From an uncultured cyanobacterium (GTDB taxonomy: Bacteria > Cyanobacteriota > Cyanobacteriia > PCC-6307 > Cyanobiaceae): 64,000 nucleotides of DNA. The position numbers and the translations under genes are program-made. Under the pieces are notes generated by a model that worked only from the letters and a program-made list of their open reading frames with translations, was not told the origin of the DNA and searched no databases. Shown here piece by piece: positions 1 through 9,938 of this stretch. The stretch lies in assembly GCA_963697335.1 (NCBI GenBank), contig CAVONQ010000007.1:1-64000 (forward strand), in the 5' to 3' direction. Position 1 is the stretch's first letter. Each line of letters begins with the position of its first letter.

Positions 1-1
1 A

Positions 2-1048
2 CTGAGGCGCAGAACCATCATTCAGTCGCTGGGCACACTGCTCTGCGCCACACTGCTGGCCGTTGTCTTCGGCCTGCCAGGAGTTTCTGCGAAGCCGCTG
101 GATCCGCTGCCTTCCTGGAACCCTGGGGCTGCCAAAGACAGCATCCTCAACTTTGTCTCCCAGACCACCGATCCCAGCAGTCCTGAATTCGTTCCTGCAG
201 AGCAACGCATCGCCACCTTCGACCAGGACGGCACCCTCTGGGTGGAACACCCGATGTACACGCAAGTGATGTACATCCTCGAACGGGTGCCAGAGCTGGT
301 GAAAGCCAAGCCTGAGCTTGCCCGGGAGAAGCCCTACGCCACCGTGCTCTCTGGGCTGTCAGGTGACAGAACGAGTCTGGAGAGCCTGACGCTGCCGGAT
401 CTTGAGAAACTGGCAGCCGCCACCCTCACCGGAATGCCGCTTGACACCTTCAATCAAGAGGTGAAACGTTGGCTCGCCACGGCGAAACATCCACGCTGGA
501 AACGCCCCTACACCGAACTCACCTATCAGCCGATGCAGGAGCTGCTCAAGCTGCTGCGCGCGAAGGGCTATCGCACCTACATCGCCACGGGTGGTGGCCA
601 GGATTTTGTGCGTGTCTACGCGGAGGAGGTCTATGGAATCCCCCCTGAACAGGTGATCGGCACGGCCGGCAGCACCCGCTACGGCTACACCAGCACGGGC
701 AAGCCCTTTCTCACCAAGGAACCCAAGCTTCTGCTCGACAACAACAACGCTGGCAAGCCCGAAGGTATCCATCTGATGATCGGTCGCCGGCCCACGGCGG
801 CATTCGGGAATTCCACCGGCGATCGGCAGATGCTCGAATACACCAAGGCAGGGGGGGAAGCCAACTTGGCGATGATCGTGCTGCACGATGATGCCATCAG
901 GGAGTATGCCTATGGACCAGCCCAGGGGCTGCCGGACACCAAGGTGGGCACCTTCACCCAGGAGCTCTACGACGAAGCCAAGCAGCAGGGATGGGTGGTG
1001 ATCAGCATGAAGAACGACTGGAAACAGATCTTCTCGTTTGCGCGTTAG
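2..1048 (+). CDS. HAD-superfamily hydrolase (nonspecific acid phosphatase-like), exported; 5' end probably truncated by the window
   Basis: The frame of ORF 242..1048 is open back to base 2: LRRRTIIQSLGTLLCATLLAVVFGLPGVSA-KPLDPLPSWN...IATFDQDGTLWVEHP. HAD motif I DxD starts at 221; also ATGG (motif II), GK and GNSTGD (motifs III/IV); signal-peptide-like N-terminus. Confidence 0.85.
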   Translation: MRRRTIIQSLGTLLCATLLAVVFGLPGVSAKPLDPLPSWNPGAAKDSILNFVSQTTDPSSPEFVPAEQRIATFDQDGTLWVEHPMYTQVMYILERVPELVKAKPELAREKPYATVLSGLSGDRTSLESLTLPDLEKLAAATLTGMPLDTFNQEVKRWLATAKHPRWKRPYTELTYQPMQELLKLLRAKGYRTYIATGGGQDFVRVYAEEVYGIPPEQVIGTAGSTRYGYTSTGKPFLTKEPKLLLDNNNAGKPEGIHLMIGRRPTAAFGNSTGDRQMLEYTKAGGEANLAMIVLHDDAIREYAYGPAQGLPDTKVGTFTQELYDEAKQQGWVVISMKNDWKQIFSFAR

Positions 1049-1185
1049 CCCCAGGTGAATCCGCTCAACGAATAGTGGTGAAGGCCTTTTGCTGCGGTGA
1101 TGCTTGGCATCAACGCCCGTGGGGCGCCCACAGCTGAGGCCAGAATGGTCAGAGACAAACCCGCAGACGATGCGACGTTGTTCAG

Positions 1186-2190
1186 ATGCCTCCCCTGCTG
1201 ACCGTTGACAGCGTCGAGTGCCTGCAGGCCAGGCTGGAGGCACTCGGCCTGTCCCTGAAGGTCACTCAGCTCGCTGGGGGTGAGCTGAGTGGAACTCTGC
1301 TGCCCCTGCTGCTGGGTCCACTGCGGCTGCTTCGCATCCGGGTCGACAGGTCGGTTCACTGTGCCGGCCCCAAGCCGCGTGGCAGCCAAATCGTGGCGAT
1401 GGATCTGGGCAGGGATCTGGACGGCGGTGTGACCTCGCCAGCCCCGATCCGCAGCCATGGCCAGCCGCTGTTGCCCAGGGCCCTGTTCGGGCTCTCCGGC
1501 GTCGGCGAGATCCATCTGACCACCTTCGGCCCGTGCGACATGGCCCTGCTGCTGATCCATCGGGAGGAGTTCCTCCATCGGGCCGACCGGCTCGGCTGCT
1601 CGGTGCTGGAGCAGGTGCTGCCCCGCAACTGGCTCACCCTGGATCCAGGCCGGTTTGCGCGGTTGCGGCGCTACCTGCGCCAGCTCTTCGCGACGCTCGA
1701 GACCAATCCCACCCTGCAGCAGGTGGCTGGTTTCGACGAGCTGGTGAGCAACGATCTGCTCCCTCTGGTGCTCGAAGGCCTGATCCATGGCGGGCATGCC
1801 AGCGACAGCCTGCCCCGGGCCCCTTCGCGGATCGAGCTGGTGAAGGCGGCCCAGCGGTGGATGGAAGCCCATCCCAGGCAGCCCATTCACCTGGAGGGCC
1901 TCTGCCGAGAGGTGCACACCAGCCGGCGGAGCCTGATTCAGGGATTCCGGGAGCACCTGGGGATGGGTCCGATGAGCTATCTGCGGCTTCATCGCCTGCA
2001 CGGCATCCGCCAGGAACTGCTGGGGGCCGATCCAAGCCAGATGACGATCCGCGCCCTCGCCGCGGAATGGGGTTTCCTCAACCCTGGCCACTTCTCCCGG
2101 CAGTACGCCGAGCTCTTCGGTGAGCGGCCTTCCGACACCGTTCGCCGGGGACGGCCGATCAGTCCGGCAAGTAATAGCGCACCAGCGTGA
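1186..2190 (+). CDS. AraC-family transcriptional regulator (EutR-like)
   Basis: C-terminal double HTH: LEGLCREVHTSRRSLIQGFREHLGMGPMSYLR...WGFLNPGHFSRQYAELFGERPS. Confidence 0.9.
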   Translation: MPPLLTVDSVECLQARLEALGLSLKVTQLAGGELSGTLLPLLLGPLRLLRIRVDRSVHCAGPKPRGSQIVAMDLGRDLDGGVTSPAPIRSHGQPLLPRALFGLSGVGEIHLTTFGPCDMALLLIHREEFLHRADRLGCSVLEQVLPRNWLTLDPGRFARLRRYLRQLFATLETNPTLQQVAGFDELVSNDLLPLVLEGLIHGGHASDSLPRAPSRIELVKAAQRWMEAHPRQPIHLEGLCREVHTSRRSLIQGFREHLGMGPMSYLRLHRLHGIRQELLGADPSQMTIRALAAEWGFLNPGHFSRQYAELFGERPSDTVRRGRPISPASNSAPA

Positions 2191-4013
2191 ACACCTGGTT
2201 GTGGTGCGCATCCAGGGCCTGGCGCATGTTGATCCCTCTCTGGTTCAGCAGCAGGCTGTCCAAGGGATAGCGCGGGATCGCCATCGGCATCACGATCGTG
2301 AGGCAGGCCGCCTGTTGCCGCCGCTGCTCCTCCTCCACCAGGGCCACGAAGGGCTGGATCAGGGAGGCATAGGGGCTCTCCAGCAGCCGCAGCTCCACAC
2401 CGGGAGCCTCCCCAACCACCCGTCGCCACTCAGCGCGGATGGCGGTGGGGTCGTCGTCCTCGGCGAGCACCCTCACCCCCACCACCTGATCGGACACCCG
2501 GGCGGCGTAGTGCAACGCCTTCAGGCTCGGCCGGGTGAGCGAGGCGATCCATACCAGGCTGCGGTTGCCGATCGGCTGCTGCCGCTGGGGGATCGCCACC
2601 GGGTGGATCTCCTGGGGCAACAGGGTGATCTCCTCGTGCACCCTGCTGTAGCGCCGCCGGATCCTGGCCAGGACCGCCACCAGAAGGGGGATGGCGATCA
2701 CCACGGTCCAGGCGCCCTCGCCGAACTTGCTCACCACGATCACCAGCAGCACCACGCCGGTGGTGAAGGCACCGAAACCGTTCATCAGCAGACGCCCGAG
2801 CCAGCCGGCAACGGCACCCCGCCGCCGCCACCAGAGCACCACCATGCCGCTCTGGGAGAGGGTGAAGGCGAGGAACACCCCGAGGGCATACAGGTTCACC
2901 GCCACGGTGGTGTCACCGCGGCAGGCCAGGATGATCACCGCCGTGGCCAGCACCAGGGTGGTGATGCCGTTCTGGAACACGAGCCGGTCGCCCACCCAGC
3001 CCATCTGGCGGGGGAGGAAACGGTCCTGGGCCAGCATCGCCGCCAGGCGGGGAAAGCCGGCGAAGGCGGTGTTCGCCGCCAGCACCAGGATCAGCAGAGT
3101 GGTGATCTGCAACGCCCAGAGCAGCGGGACTGCCGGCACCGAACACCCGTTCGCCGATCTGGGCCAGCACGGTGCGGTCCGGGTGCGGTGCCACCCCGTA
3201 GAGGTAGCCAAGGCCGCTCACGGCCAGGACCATGGTCGAGAGCATCAGCCCCATCACCAGCAGCGTGGCGCGGGCCCGCAGCGCCGCCGGCTCGCGGAAC
3301 AGCTTCACGCCATTGGCGATCGCCTCGATGCCGGTCATGGCCGAGCAGCCGGAGCTGAAGGCCCGCAGGATCAGGAACAGCCCCAGGGGTTCCATGGCCG
3401 CCACAGCGGGCGGGGGATCAGGACGCAAGCCATGCTGGAAGAACAGATCCTGCAATCCGAACAGGGCCAGCAACGCCACCATCACCACGAAGGCGTAGGT
3501 GGGCAGAGCGAAGGCCTTGCCGGCTTCCTTCACGCCGCGCAGGTTGGCCCAGCCCACCAGCAGCAGCAGCCCCAGCGCGAAGGCCACCTCATGCCGCAGC
3601 AGGGCCGGCACCAGGGAGGCCAGGGCCTGGGTGCCGGCCATCAGGCTCACGGCCGCCGTGAGGGTGTAGTCCACCAGCAGGGCAGCGGCGGCCACCAGGC
3701 TGGCGGCGGTGCCGAGATTCTCCCGGGCCACCACATACGACCCGCCGCCCTGGGGATAGGCCTCGATCGTCTGGCGGTAGGAGAACACCACGATGGCGAT
3801 CAGCAGAATGATCGCCAGGGTGATCGGCAACGACAGGGACAGGGCACCGCTTCCGGCCAGAATCAGCACACCCAGGGCGGCCTCGGTGGCGTAGGCCACC
3901 GAGGAGAGACCGTCGGACGACAGGATGGCCAGGGCCTCAAAGCTGGGCAACCGCTCGGCGGCCGCCTGGCTGCGGGGCAGGGGATCACCGAAGAGGCGGC
4001 TGAGCAGGGACAC
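2159..4013 (-). pseudogene. APC-family permease, KimA/YdaO-like (K+ or amino acid), split by a +1 frameshift (true pseudogene or sequencing error)
   Basis: The N-half has LSSDGLSSVAYATE, GGGSYVVARENLG and AFSSGCSAMTGIEAIANG; the C-half (LAANTAFAGFPRLA, YALGVFLAFTLSQSGM, cytosolic LESPY domain) is in another frame. Removing one base of GGG at 3126-3128 joins them as ...FGAGSPLLWALQ. Confidence 0.85.
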
Positions 4014-4033
4014 GGAACTCCGGCCCGCCCGGA

Positions 4034-5383
4034 TCAGAGGGCCAGGCTCTCGGGGTTGGTCTCGATCAGCTGGGCGAGGTCCTTGAGGAAGGCGGCGGCG
4101 TGGGCTCCGTAGATGGTGCGGTGGTCGCAGGTGAGATTCACCTGCATCTGATGGGCTACGCGGATCGAGCCGTCCTTGTTGGCCACCACGCAGGGACGCG
4201 ACGCCGCCACCGCCATGATGGCGCCGGTGCCCGGCGGCAGGATCGCGTCGAAGCGATCCACACCGAACATGCCCAGGTTGCTGAGCGTGAACGTGCCGGT
4301 GCTGTACTCCTCCGGCTGCAGCTGCTTGCTGCGGGCCCGGGCCACCAGATCAGACCAGCTGCGGCCCAGGGCGTAGATGTCCGTCGTGTCGGCCTGCGCC
4401 AGCACGGGGGTGATCAGGCCACCGTCTTCCATCGCCACGGCAATGGCCACGTTCACGGCGGTGGGATACACCATGGCGCTGCCATCGGCCGAGGTGGCCG
4501 CGTTCACCTGGGGGTGGCGGGCCAGGGTCATGGCCACCGCCTTGGCGATCAGCACCGTGACGGTGACGCCCTTGCTCTTCACCTGCCTGGCGAGGGCATC
4601 GAGCTTGGTGGTGGTGATCGTGTAGCCCACCCGGAAGGTGGGCACGGCCAGGCTGGCCACCATGTTGCGGTTGACCGCGCTCTGGAGGGTGTTGAAGGCC
4701 ACGGCCTCACCGGCCCGGCCGAAGCTCTGGCCCACCGCCTTGGCTGCCCCTGGTGCCTTGTCCCCGGAGCCGTTGGCGGCCGCCACGGCGGGGCCGGTGC
4801 CCTCCGCCACCCGAGGCACGCTCACCGGCTGGCCCGTGGCGGCGAGCACGTCCTCGGCCTGAATGCGGCCATGCGGACCGCTGCCCCGCAGGCCATGGAG
4901 GTCCACCCCGAGCTGGCCTGCCAGCTTTCTGGCGCGGGGCGAGGCGACCACCCGGCCACCGGCGGCAGGGGCCGCCACAGGCACGGCCTGGGGCACGGGT
5001 GCCGCCACAGGAGCCGCGGTGGCCACCGGAACGGGGGTTGGCGCCGGGACCGCCACAGGGGGGGCTGGCGCTGCAGGGGTCTTAGGAGCTGCCGCCGCCG
5101 TGGCCGCGGGAGCTGCCGCTGCCACGGCGGCGATGTCGGCTTCGCTCTCCACAATCAGGCCGATCGTTTCGCCCACCGGCGCGGTGCCGCCCGCCGGCAT
5201 CAGCACCGCGGCCAGGAAGCCCTCCTGGAAGGCCTCCACGTCCATGTCGGCCTTGTCGCTCTCCACCACGAGCACGGATTCGCCCCGCTCGACCCGATCG
5301 CCGGGCTGCTTGAGCCACTCCACGATCTTGCCCTCCGTCATCGTGGAGGAGAGGGCGGGCATGAAGATTTCGTGGGTGGCCAA
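4034..5383 (-). CDS. pdhC: Pyruvate dehydrogenase E2, dihydrolipoamide acetyltransferase
   Basis: Lipoyl domain (MPALSSTMTEG, ESDKA), E3-binding domain (ASPRARKLA, GSGPHGRI), catalytic DHRTIYG; TTG start. Confidence 0.97.
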   Translation of the reverse strand: MATHEIFMPALSSTMTEGKIVEWLKQPGDRVERGESVLVVESDKADMDVEAFQEGFLAAVLMPAGGTAPVGETIGLIVESEADIAAVAAAAPAATAAAAPKTPAAPAPPVAVPAPTPVPVATAAPVAAPVPQAVPVAAPAAGGRVVASPRARKLAGQLGVDLHGLRGSGPHGRIQAEDVLAATGQPVSVPRVAEGTGPAVAAANGSGDKAPGAAKAVGQSFGRAGEAVAFNTLQSAVNRNMVASLAVPTFRVGYTITTTKLDALARQVKSKGVTVTVLIAKAVAMTLARHPQVNAATSADGSAMVYPTAVNVAIAVAMEDGGLITPVLAQADTTDIYALGRSWSDLVARARSKQLQPEEYSTGTFTLSNLGMFGVDRFDAILPPGTGAIMAVAASRPCVVANKDGSIRVAHQMQVNLTCDHRTIYGAHAAAFLKDLAQLIETNPESLAL

Positions 5384-5412
5384 CGGGGTGCGCCGCGCGG
5401 AATGGGCGGATT

Positions 5413-5856
5413 TTACGAGGCGCCTTCCACCGCTTCGATCACGCCATCGCGCACCAGCACCGAAGCCTGCAGTTTTTCCACCAGGTTGTCGCCCACCTGC
5501 ACCGTGCAGAAGCTCTCCAGCTGGCCCTGCTCCACGATCTGCTCCATCTCCAGCTCGCGCACCTGGCGTTGCTGCTCCAGCATCTGGCGCTTCTGTTCCT
5601 CGAGCTCGGAGCGCTTCGCCGCCACCTGCTGCTGCACCGACCCCACCTGCTCCTGCACCCGGGGGTCGAGGGGGTTGGCGCTCTGGCGGCGGATCTCATC
5701 GATCACCTGCTGGCCCTCCTGCTCCAGCTGGGCCAGCTGGGCGTCACTGGCGGCCAGGCCATTGCTCAGTTCCCGCTCCGCATCCTCCTTCCAGCGTGGG
5801 GTGACCACGGCGCGCACGGTGATGGAGCGCTTGATGGAGAGACTGCCGTCGGCCAT
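5413..5856 (-). CDS. YlqD-family coiled-coil protein
   Basis: IKRSITVRAVVTPRWKE...EQGQLESFCTVQVGDNL...VRDGVI pattern; position between aas and pdhC. Confidence 0.8.
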   Translation of the reverse strand: MADGSLSIKRSITVRAVVTPRWKEDAERELSNGLAASDAQLAQLEQEGQQVIDEIRRQSANPLDPRVQEQVGSVQQQVAAKRSELEEQKRQMLEQQRQVRELEMEQIVEQGQLESFCTVQVGDNLVEKLQASVLVRDGVIEAVEGAS

Positions 5857-5918
5857 GGGGAAAGGAATGCAGCAATCAGGTTGTCAGTGCGGCGGGTGCT
5901 GGTCAACCGACGGCACGC

Positions 5919-7910
5919 TCACTGGGGGCGGTAGAGCGCCTCGATCACGGCGGCATCGCGACTGGCGATGCGGTCACGGCGCTGCTTGAGGGTCTGGGTG
6001 AGCAGGCCGTTCTCCAGGCTGAAGGGCTGCACCAGAGCCACCGCCCCCAGCCGCTCATCGGGCCGGGAGCCGGGCCGGGCGGCCAGCAGGCGGTTGCATT
6101 CGCGGGCCAGGGCCCGCTGCAGGGCCGGCTCCGCAGGCTGCCCCTGGGCCCAGGCCAGGCCCGCCTCGGCCGCGAACGCCCCCAGCACCTCAGGCCGGGG
6201 CACCAGCAGGGCCCCCAGCTGCTTGCGGTCCTGCCCCACCAGCATCACCTGCTCCAGCAGCGGACTGGCCACCAGGGCATCCTCGAGGGGGCCGGGCTCG
6301 ATGTTCTCGCCGCTGCTGAGCACGATCGTGTCCTTGGCCCGGCCGGTGAGCACCAGGGAGCCATCGGGCAGCAGGTGGCCCAGATCGCCGGTGTCGAACC
6401 AGCCGTCGGCGTCCAGCACGCGGGCGCTGGCCTCCGGCTTGTGCCAGTAGCCCCCCATCACCTGGGGACCGCGGGCCAGCACCAGCCCCCTCTCCCCCAG
6501 GCTCAGGGGCCGATGACTGTCGGGATCGGCGACGCGGATCGCCGTGCCCGGCAGGGGCTGGCCGGCGCTGCCACGGCGGTTGGCCCAGGGGCGACGGCAG
6601 GTGAGCACCGGGCTGGTCTCGGTGAGGCCGTAGCCCACCAGCAGCTCGATGCCGATCGCCTCGAAGAAGCCATCCACGTGCAGGGCGAGGGCGCCGCCAC
6701 CGCTGATGGCCGTGCGCAGGCGGCCACCCACCAGCTGGGAGCGCACCTTCGGCCACAGCAGCGCGCCGGCCAGACGGTGCAGCGGCCAGCGCAACAGGGC
6801 CTCGAGGGCGGCCCGGGCCCGGCTCGCCGGCGGCTCGGGGCTGAGGGTGAGGTCGAGCATGCGACGGCGGGCCAGCCCCTGGGCGCGGCTGTTGGCCAGG
6901 GCGGCCCCGATCAGCCGCTGGCGGGGGGCCGGCATGGAGCGCAGGGCGTCCTCGAAGCCCGCCAGGATCGCCTCCCACAGACGCGGCACACTGATCAGGT
7001 AGTGGGGTTGCACCCGCTGCAGGTCGGGCCGCAGCTGCTTGAGGGTGGTGTAGGTCTGATGGCAGCCGCAGGCCAGCAGGAAGTACTCGGCGCTGCGCTC
7101 ATAGGAATGCCAGATCGGCAGCACGCTCACCACCCGGTCGCCGGGCTGGGGCGTGACGGCCACGCCCAGGTGGCGCAGCTGGTGCAGCAGGTTGGCGTGG
7201 CTGAGGGGCACACCCTTCGGCTGGCCCGTGGTGCCGGAGGTGTAGAGGATCGTGGCCAGGGCCTGGGGATCGGCCGCCGGCTGCGGGGCCGGCCGGCCGG
7301 CCGCCAGGGCCTCAGCACCCCGCTGGGCCAGCTCCTGCCATCCCATCAGCACCGTCCCTGAGGGGGTCTCGCCGGCCGGCGGCTCCCCCTCGATCAGCAC
7401 CACGAAGCGCAGCGCCGCCAACGCGGCTGCCGGCAGGTCGAGCTGGCGCCACAGGGCCGCCGACTCCACCACCAGACCGATGGCGCCGGAGTCCTCAAGG
7501 ATGTAACGCAGCTCCTCCACCGGAGCGGCGCTGCCCCGCACGGCATCGGCGGCGCCGCAGCGCATCAGCCCCTGGTCGGCCTGCAACCAGCGGGCGCCGT
7601 TCTCGGCAAAGATCGCCACCACGTCGCCGCTGGCCACGCCCAGGGCCGCAAAGCCTGCGGCCAGCTGCTCGATCCGCTCGTGGAGCTGGCGGTAGCTCAG
7701 CGACTCGGGCACCGCCGCATGGGGAGCCTCCAGGGCCGGCGCATCGTCGTAGCGCTCCGCCAGCTGCGGCCAGAGGCCGTGAATGCCGCTGAGCTGGCTC
7801 CAGTCACTGCGTAGGGCCAGGGCCTGCTGGTCGCGGCGGCTGCCGCTCCAGTGGACCTCAGCCACGGCTGGGGCGGCCTCAGGAGCGGCAGATGGGGGAG
7901 CTGGCGACAC
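5919..7910 (-). CDS. aas: Long-chain acyl-ACP/acyl-CoA synthetase (AMP-binding)
   Basis: YTSGTTGQPKGV, GYGLTETSP, GWFDTGDLG, GRAKDTIVLSSGENIEP, LTQTLKQRR. Confidence 0.88.
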   Translation of the reverse strand: MSPAPPSAAPEAAPAVAEVHWSGSRRDQQALALRSDWSQLSGIHGLWPQLAERYDDAPALEAPHAAVPESLSYRQLHERIEQLAAGFAALGVASGDVVAIFAENGARWLQADQGLMRCGAADAVRGSAAPVEELRYILEDSGAIGLVVESAALWRQLDLPAAALAALRFVVLIEGEPPAGETPSGTVLMGWQELAQRGAEALAAGRPAPQPAADPQALATILYTSGTTGQPKGVPLSHANLLHQLRHLGVAVTPQPGDRVVSVLPIWHSYERSAEYFLLACGCHQTYTTLKQLRPDLQRVQPHYLISVPRLWEAILAGFEDALRSMPAPRQRLIGAALANSRAQGLARRRMLDLTLSPEPPASRARAALEALLRWPLHRLAGALLWPKVRSQLVGGRLRTAISGGGALALHVDGFFEAIGIELLVGYGLTETSPVLTCRRPWANRRGSAGQPLPGTAIRVADPDSHRPLSLGERGLVLARGPQVMGGYWHKPEASARVLDADGWFDTGDLGHLLPDGSLVLTGRAKDTIVLSSGENIEPGPLEDALVASPLLEQVMLVGQDRKQLGALLVPRPEVLGAFAAEAGLAWAQGQPAEPALQRALARECNRLLAARPGSRPDERLGAVALVQPFSLENGLLTQTLKQRRDRIASRDAAVIEALYRPQ

Positions 7911-7937
7911 GGGCAGTGGTCCAGGGAGTCTCCATCG

Positions 7938-8618
7938 TTACCATCCCTCCAGCTGTTCGTGGGACGCCGGGGGGCGCAGCTTCAGCTGGAAGCGCTCGGC
8001 GAAGGCCGCCAGCAGCGGGGCGCGCAGCCCCTCGGCCGTGAGGCTGGGATCCAGGTCAGCGAGCCGGCCCACGCGCTGATCAGCGAGGCCGCACGGCACC
8101 ACCGCCTCGAAGCCCGCCAGATCGGCCTCCACGTTCAGGGCCAGGCCGTGCTGGCTGATCCAGCGCCGGCCCCCCACCCCGATCGCCGCCACCTTGCGGC
8201 CCTCCAGCCACACGCCGGTGAGCCCCTCGATGCGCTCACCGCGCAGGGCCAAGCCCGCCAGCAGGTCGATCACCACCTGCTCCAGCTGGCGCAGGTAGAG
8301 GTGCAGGTCGGCCCCGTGGCGGCGCAGGTTGAGCACCGGGTAGAGCACCAGCTGGCCGGGGGTGTGGTGGGTCACCTCGCCGCCGCGGTCGATGCGGTGC
8401 AGGGGGAAGGGCAGGGCGCTGGGGGGACAGCGCAGGAAGGCCTCGGAGGCTCCGCGCCCCAGGGTGTAACAGCTCTGGTGCTCCAGCAGCAGCACGGCAT
8501 CCGGTCCCTGAGGGGCAACCAGCAGGCGCTGCTGCAGCTGCCGCTGGGCCCGCCAGACCGGCTCGAACGCCAGGGGGCGGCGGGATTCAAAAAGGATTGC
8601 GTCGAGCGGGGGGGGCAC
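7938..8618 (-). CDS. lipB: Lipoyl(octanoyl) transferase
   Basis: [45 protein letters not shown]. Confidence 0.95.
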   Translation of the reverse strand: MPPPLDAILFESRRPLAFEPVWRAQRQLQQRLLVAPQGPDAVLLLEHQSCYTLGRGASEAFLRCPPSALPFPLHRIDRGGEVTHHTPGQLVLYPVLNLRRHGADLHLYLRQLEQVVIDLLAGLALRGERIEGLTGVWLEGRKVAAIGVGGRRWISQHGLALNVEADLAGFEAVVPCGLADQRVGRLADLDPSLTAEGLRAPLLAAFAERFQLKLRPPASHEQLEGW

Positions 8619-8672
8619 CGGCAGGCGTTCCTAGCGTGGGATTGAACCAGCAACGGAGCCGGCTTCAATCTG

Positions 8673-9260
8673 ATGAAACTGCTGATCCATGGCCGCAATC
8701 TTGAGGTGACCCCCGCCATCCGGGAGTACACCGAAACCAAACTCACCCGAGCCATCAACCACTTTGAGGGGATGGTCAAGGAGGCTGACGTGCACCTCTC
8801 GGTGGCCCGCAACCCCCGCGTGCCCCAACAGATCGCCGAGGTGACGATGTTCGCCAACGGCACCGTGATCCGGGCCCAGGAACACAGCGACAACCTCTAC
8901 GCCAGCATCGACCTGGTGGCCAGCAAGCTCACCCGTCAGCTGAACCGCTACAAGGAGCGCATCCACGAGCGCCATCAGGGTCCGGTGCATCGTTCCGCCC
9001 GCGACGAGGAGGCCGGTGCCGCTGCCCTGCCACCCCCCGGCGGCAGCCTCACCGATGGCAAGGAGCCGGAACTGCCCAACCGCGGTGTGCGGCGCAAGTA
9101 CTTCTCGATGCCACCCATGACCCTGGATGAGGCCACCCACCAGCTGGAGCTGATCGACCACGGCTTCTACGTGTTCCGGGAGGCCGAAACGGGGCAGATC
9201 CAGGTGGTGTATCACCGCAACCATGGAGGGTTCGGGGTGATCCAGCCGAAGGAGGCGTGA
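8673..9260 (+). CDS. hpf: Ribosome hibernation factor, long HPF / LrtA
   Basis: MKLLIHGRNLEVTPAIREY, NLYASIDLV, and a C-terminal VRRKYFSMPPM...YHRNHGGFGVI domain. Confidence 0.95.
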   Translation: MKLLIHGRNLEVTPAIREYTETKLTRAINHFEGMVKEADVHLSVARNPRVPQQIAEVTMFANGTVIRAQEHSDNLYASIDLVASKLTRQLNRYKERIHERHQGPVHRSARDEEAGAAALPPPGGSLTDGKEPELPNRGVRRKYFSMPPMTLDEATHQLELIDHGFYVFREAETGQIQVVYHRNHGGFGVIQPKEA

Positions 9261-9931
9261 GCCGCGAGCTCCCCGATCTGATCCCCCTGATCGAGCACGC
9301 CCTGCTGGATCCCCTGCAGGGCACCGAGGCCATTCAGCAGGGCTGCGATCAGGCCCGCCACTACGGCTTCGCCGGCCTGTGCGTGGCCTCGCGCTGGGTG
9401 GAGCAGGCCCGCCAGCGCCTGCCGCTGGCGAGTTCGGGCCGTGGCTCTGGGCCGCTCCTGATCGCCGTGGTGGGGTTTCCGTTCGGAGCGGTGCCCGCCG
9501 CCGTGAAACAGGCCGAGGCCGAGGCCGCCGCCGCCGCCGGGGCCGACGAGCTCGATGTGGTGCCCGACTTCGGCGCCCTGGCGGACCGCGACAGCGCCCG
9601 AGTGCTCGACGAGCTCTCGGCCCTCTGCGAGCTCGGCTTGCCCGTGAAGGTGACCCTGGAGGCGGGGCGCCTGGACCCCGAGGCCCTCGCCCTGCTGGTG
9701 GAGATCAGCATCGATGCCGGCGCCCGCTTCCTCAAGAGCGGTGCCGGCTTCGGGCCGCCGGTGACCGCGGCCCTGGTGGCCCAGCTGCGCGACCTGGCCC
9801 GGGGCCGGGCCGGGATCCAGGCCTCCGGCGGCATCAGCGGCCTCGAGCAGGCCCTGGAACTGGTGGAAGCTGGCGCCAGCCGCCTCGGCACCAGCCGGGG
9901 GGTGGCCCTGGCCCAGGCCCAGAAGAGCTGA
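9257..9931 (+). CDS. deoC: Deoxyribose-phosphate aldolase
   Basis: IEHALL, VVGFPFG, GADELDVV, FLKSGAGFG, ASGGI, GASRLGTS; GTGA overlap with hpf. Confidence 0.9.
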   Translation: MSRELPDLIPLIEHALLDPLQGTEAIQQGCDQARHYGFAGLCVASRWVEQARQRLPLASSGRGSGPLLIAVVGFPFGAVPAAVKQAEAEAAAAAGADELDVVPDFGALADRDSARVLDELSALCELGLPVKVTLEAGRLDPEALALLVEISIDAGARFLKSGAGFGPPVTAALVAQLRDLARGRAGIQASGGISGLEQALELVEAGASRLGTSRGVALAQAQKS

Positions 9932-9938
9932 GGCACCT

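Noticed and set aside
4960..5130. Ala/Pro-rich repeats in pdhC (and Pro-rich N-terminus of bamA near 27600-27850)
   Set aside because: These are normal flexible linkers of these families, not repeat elements.
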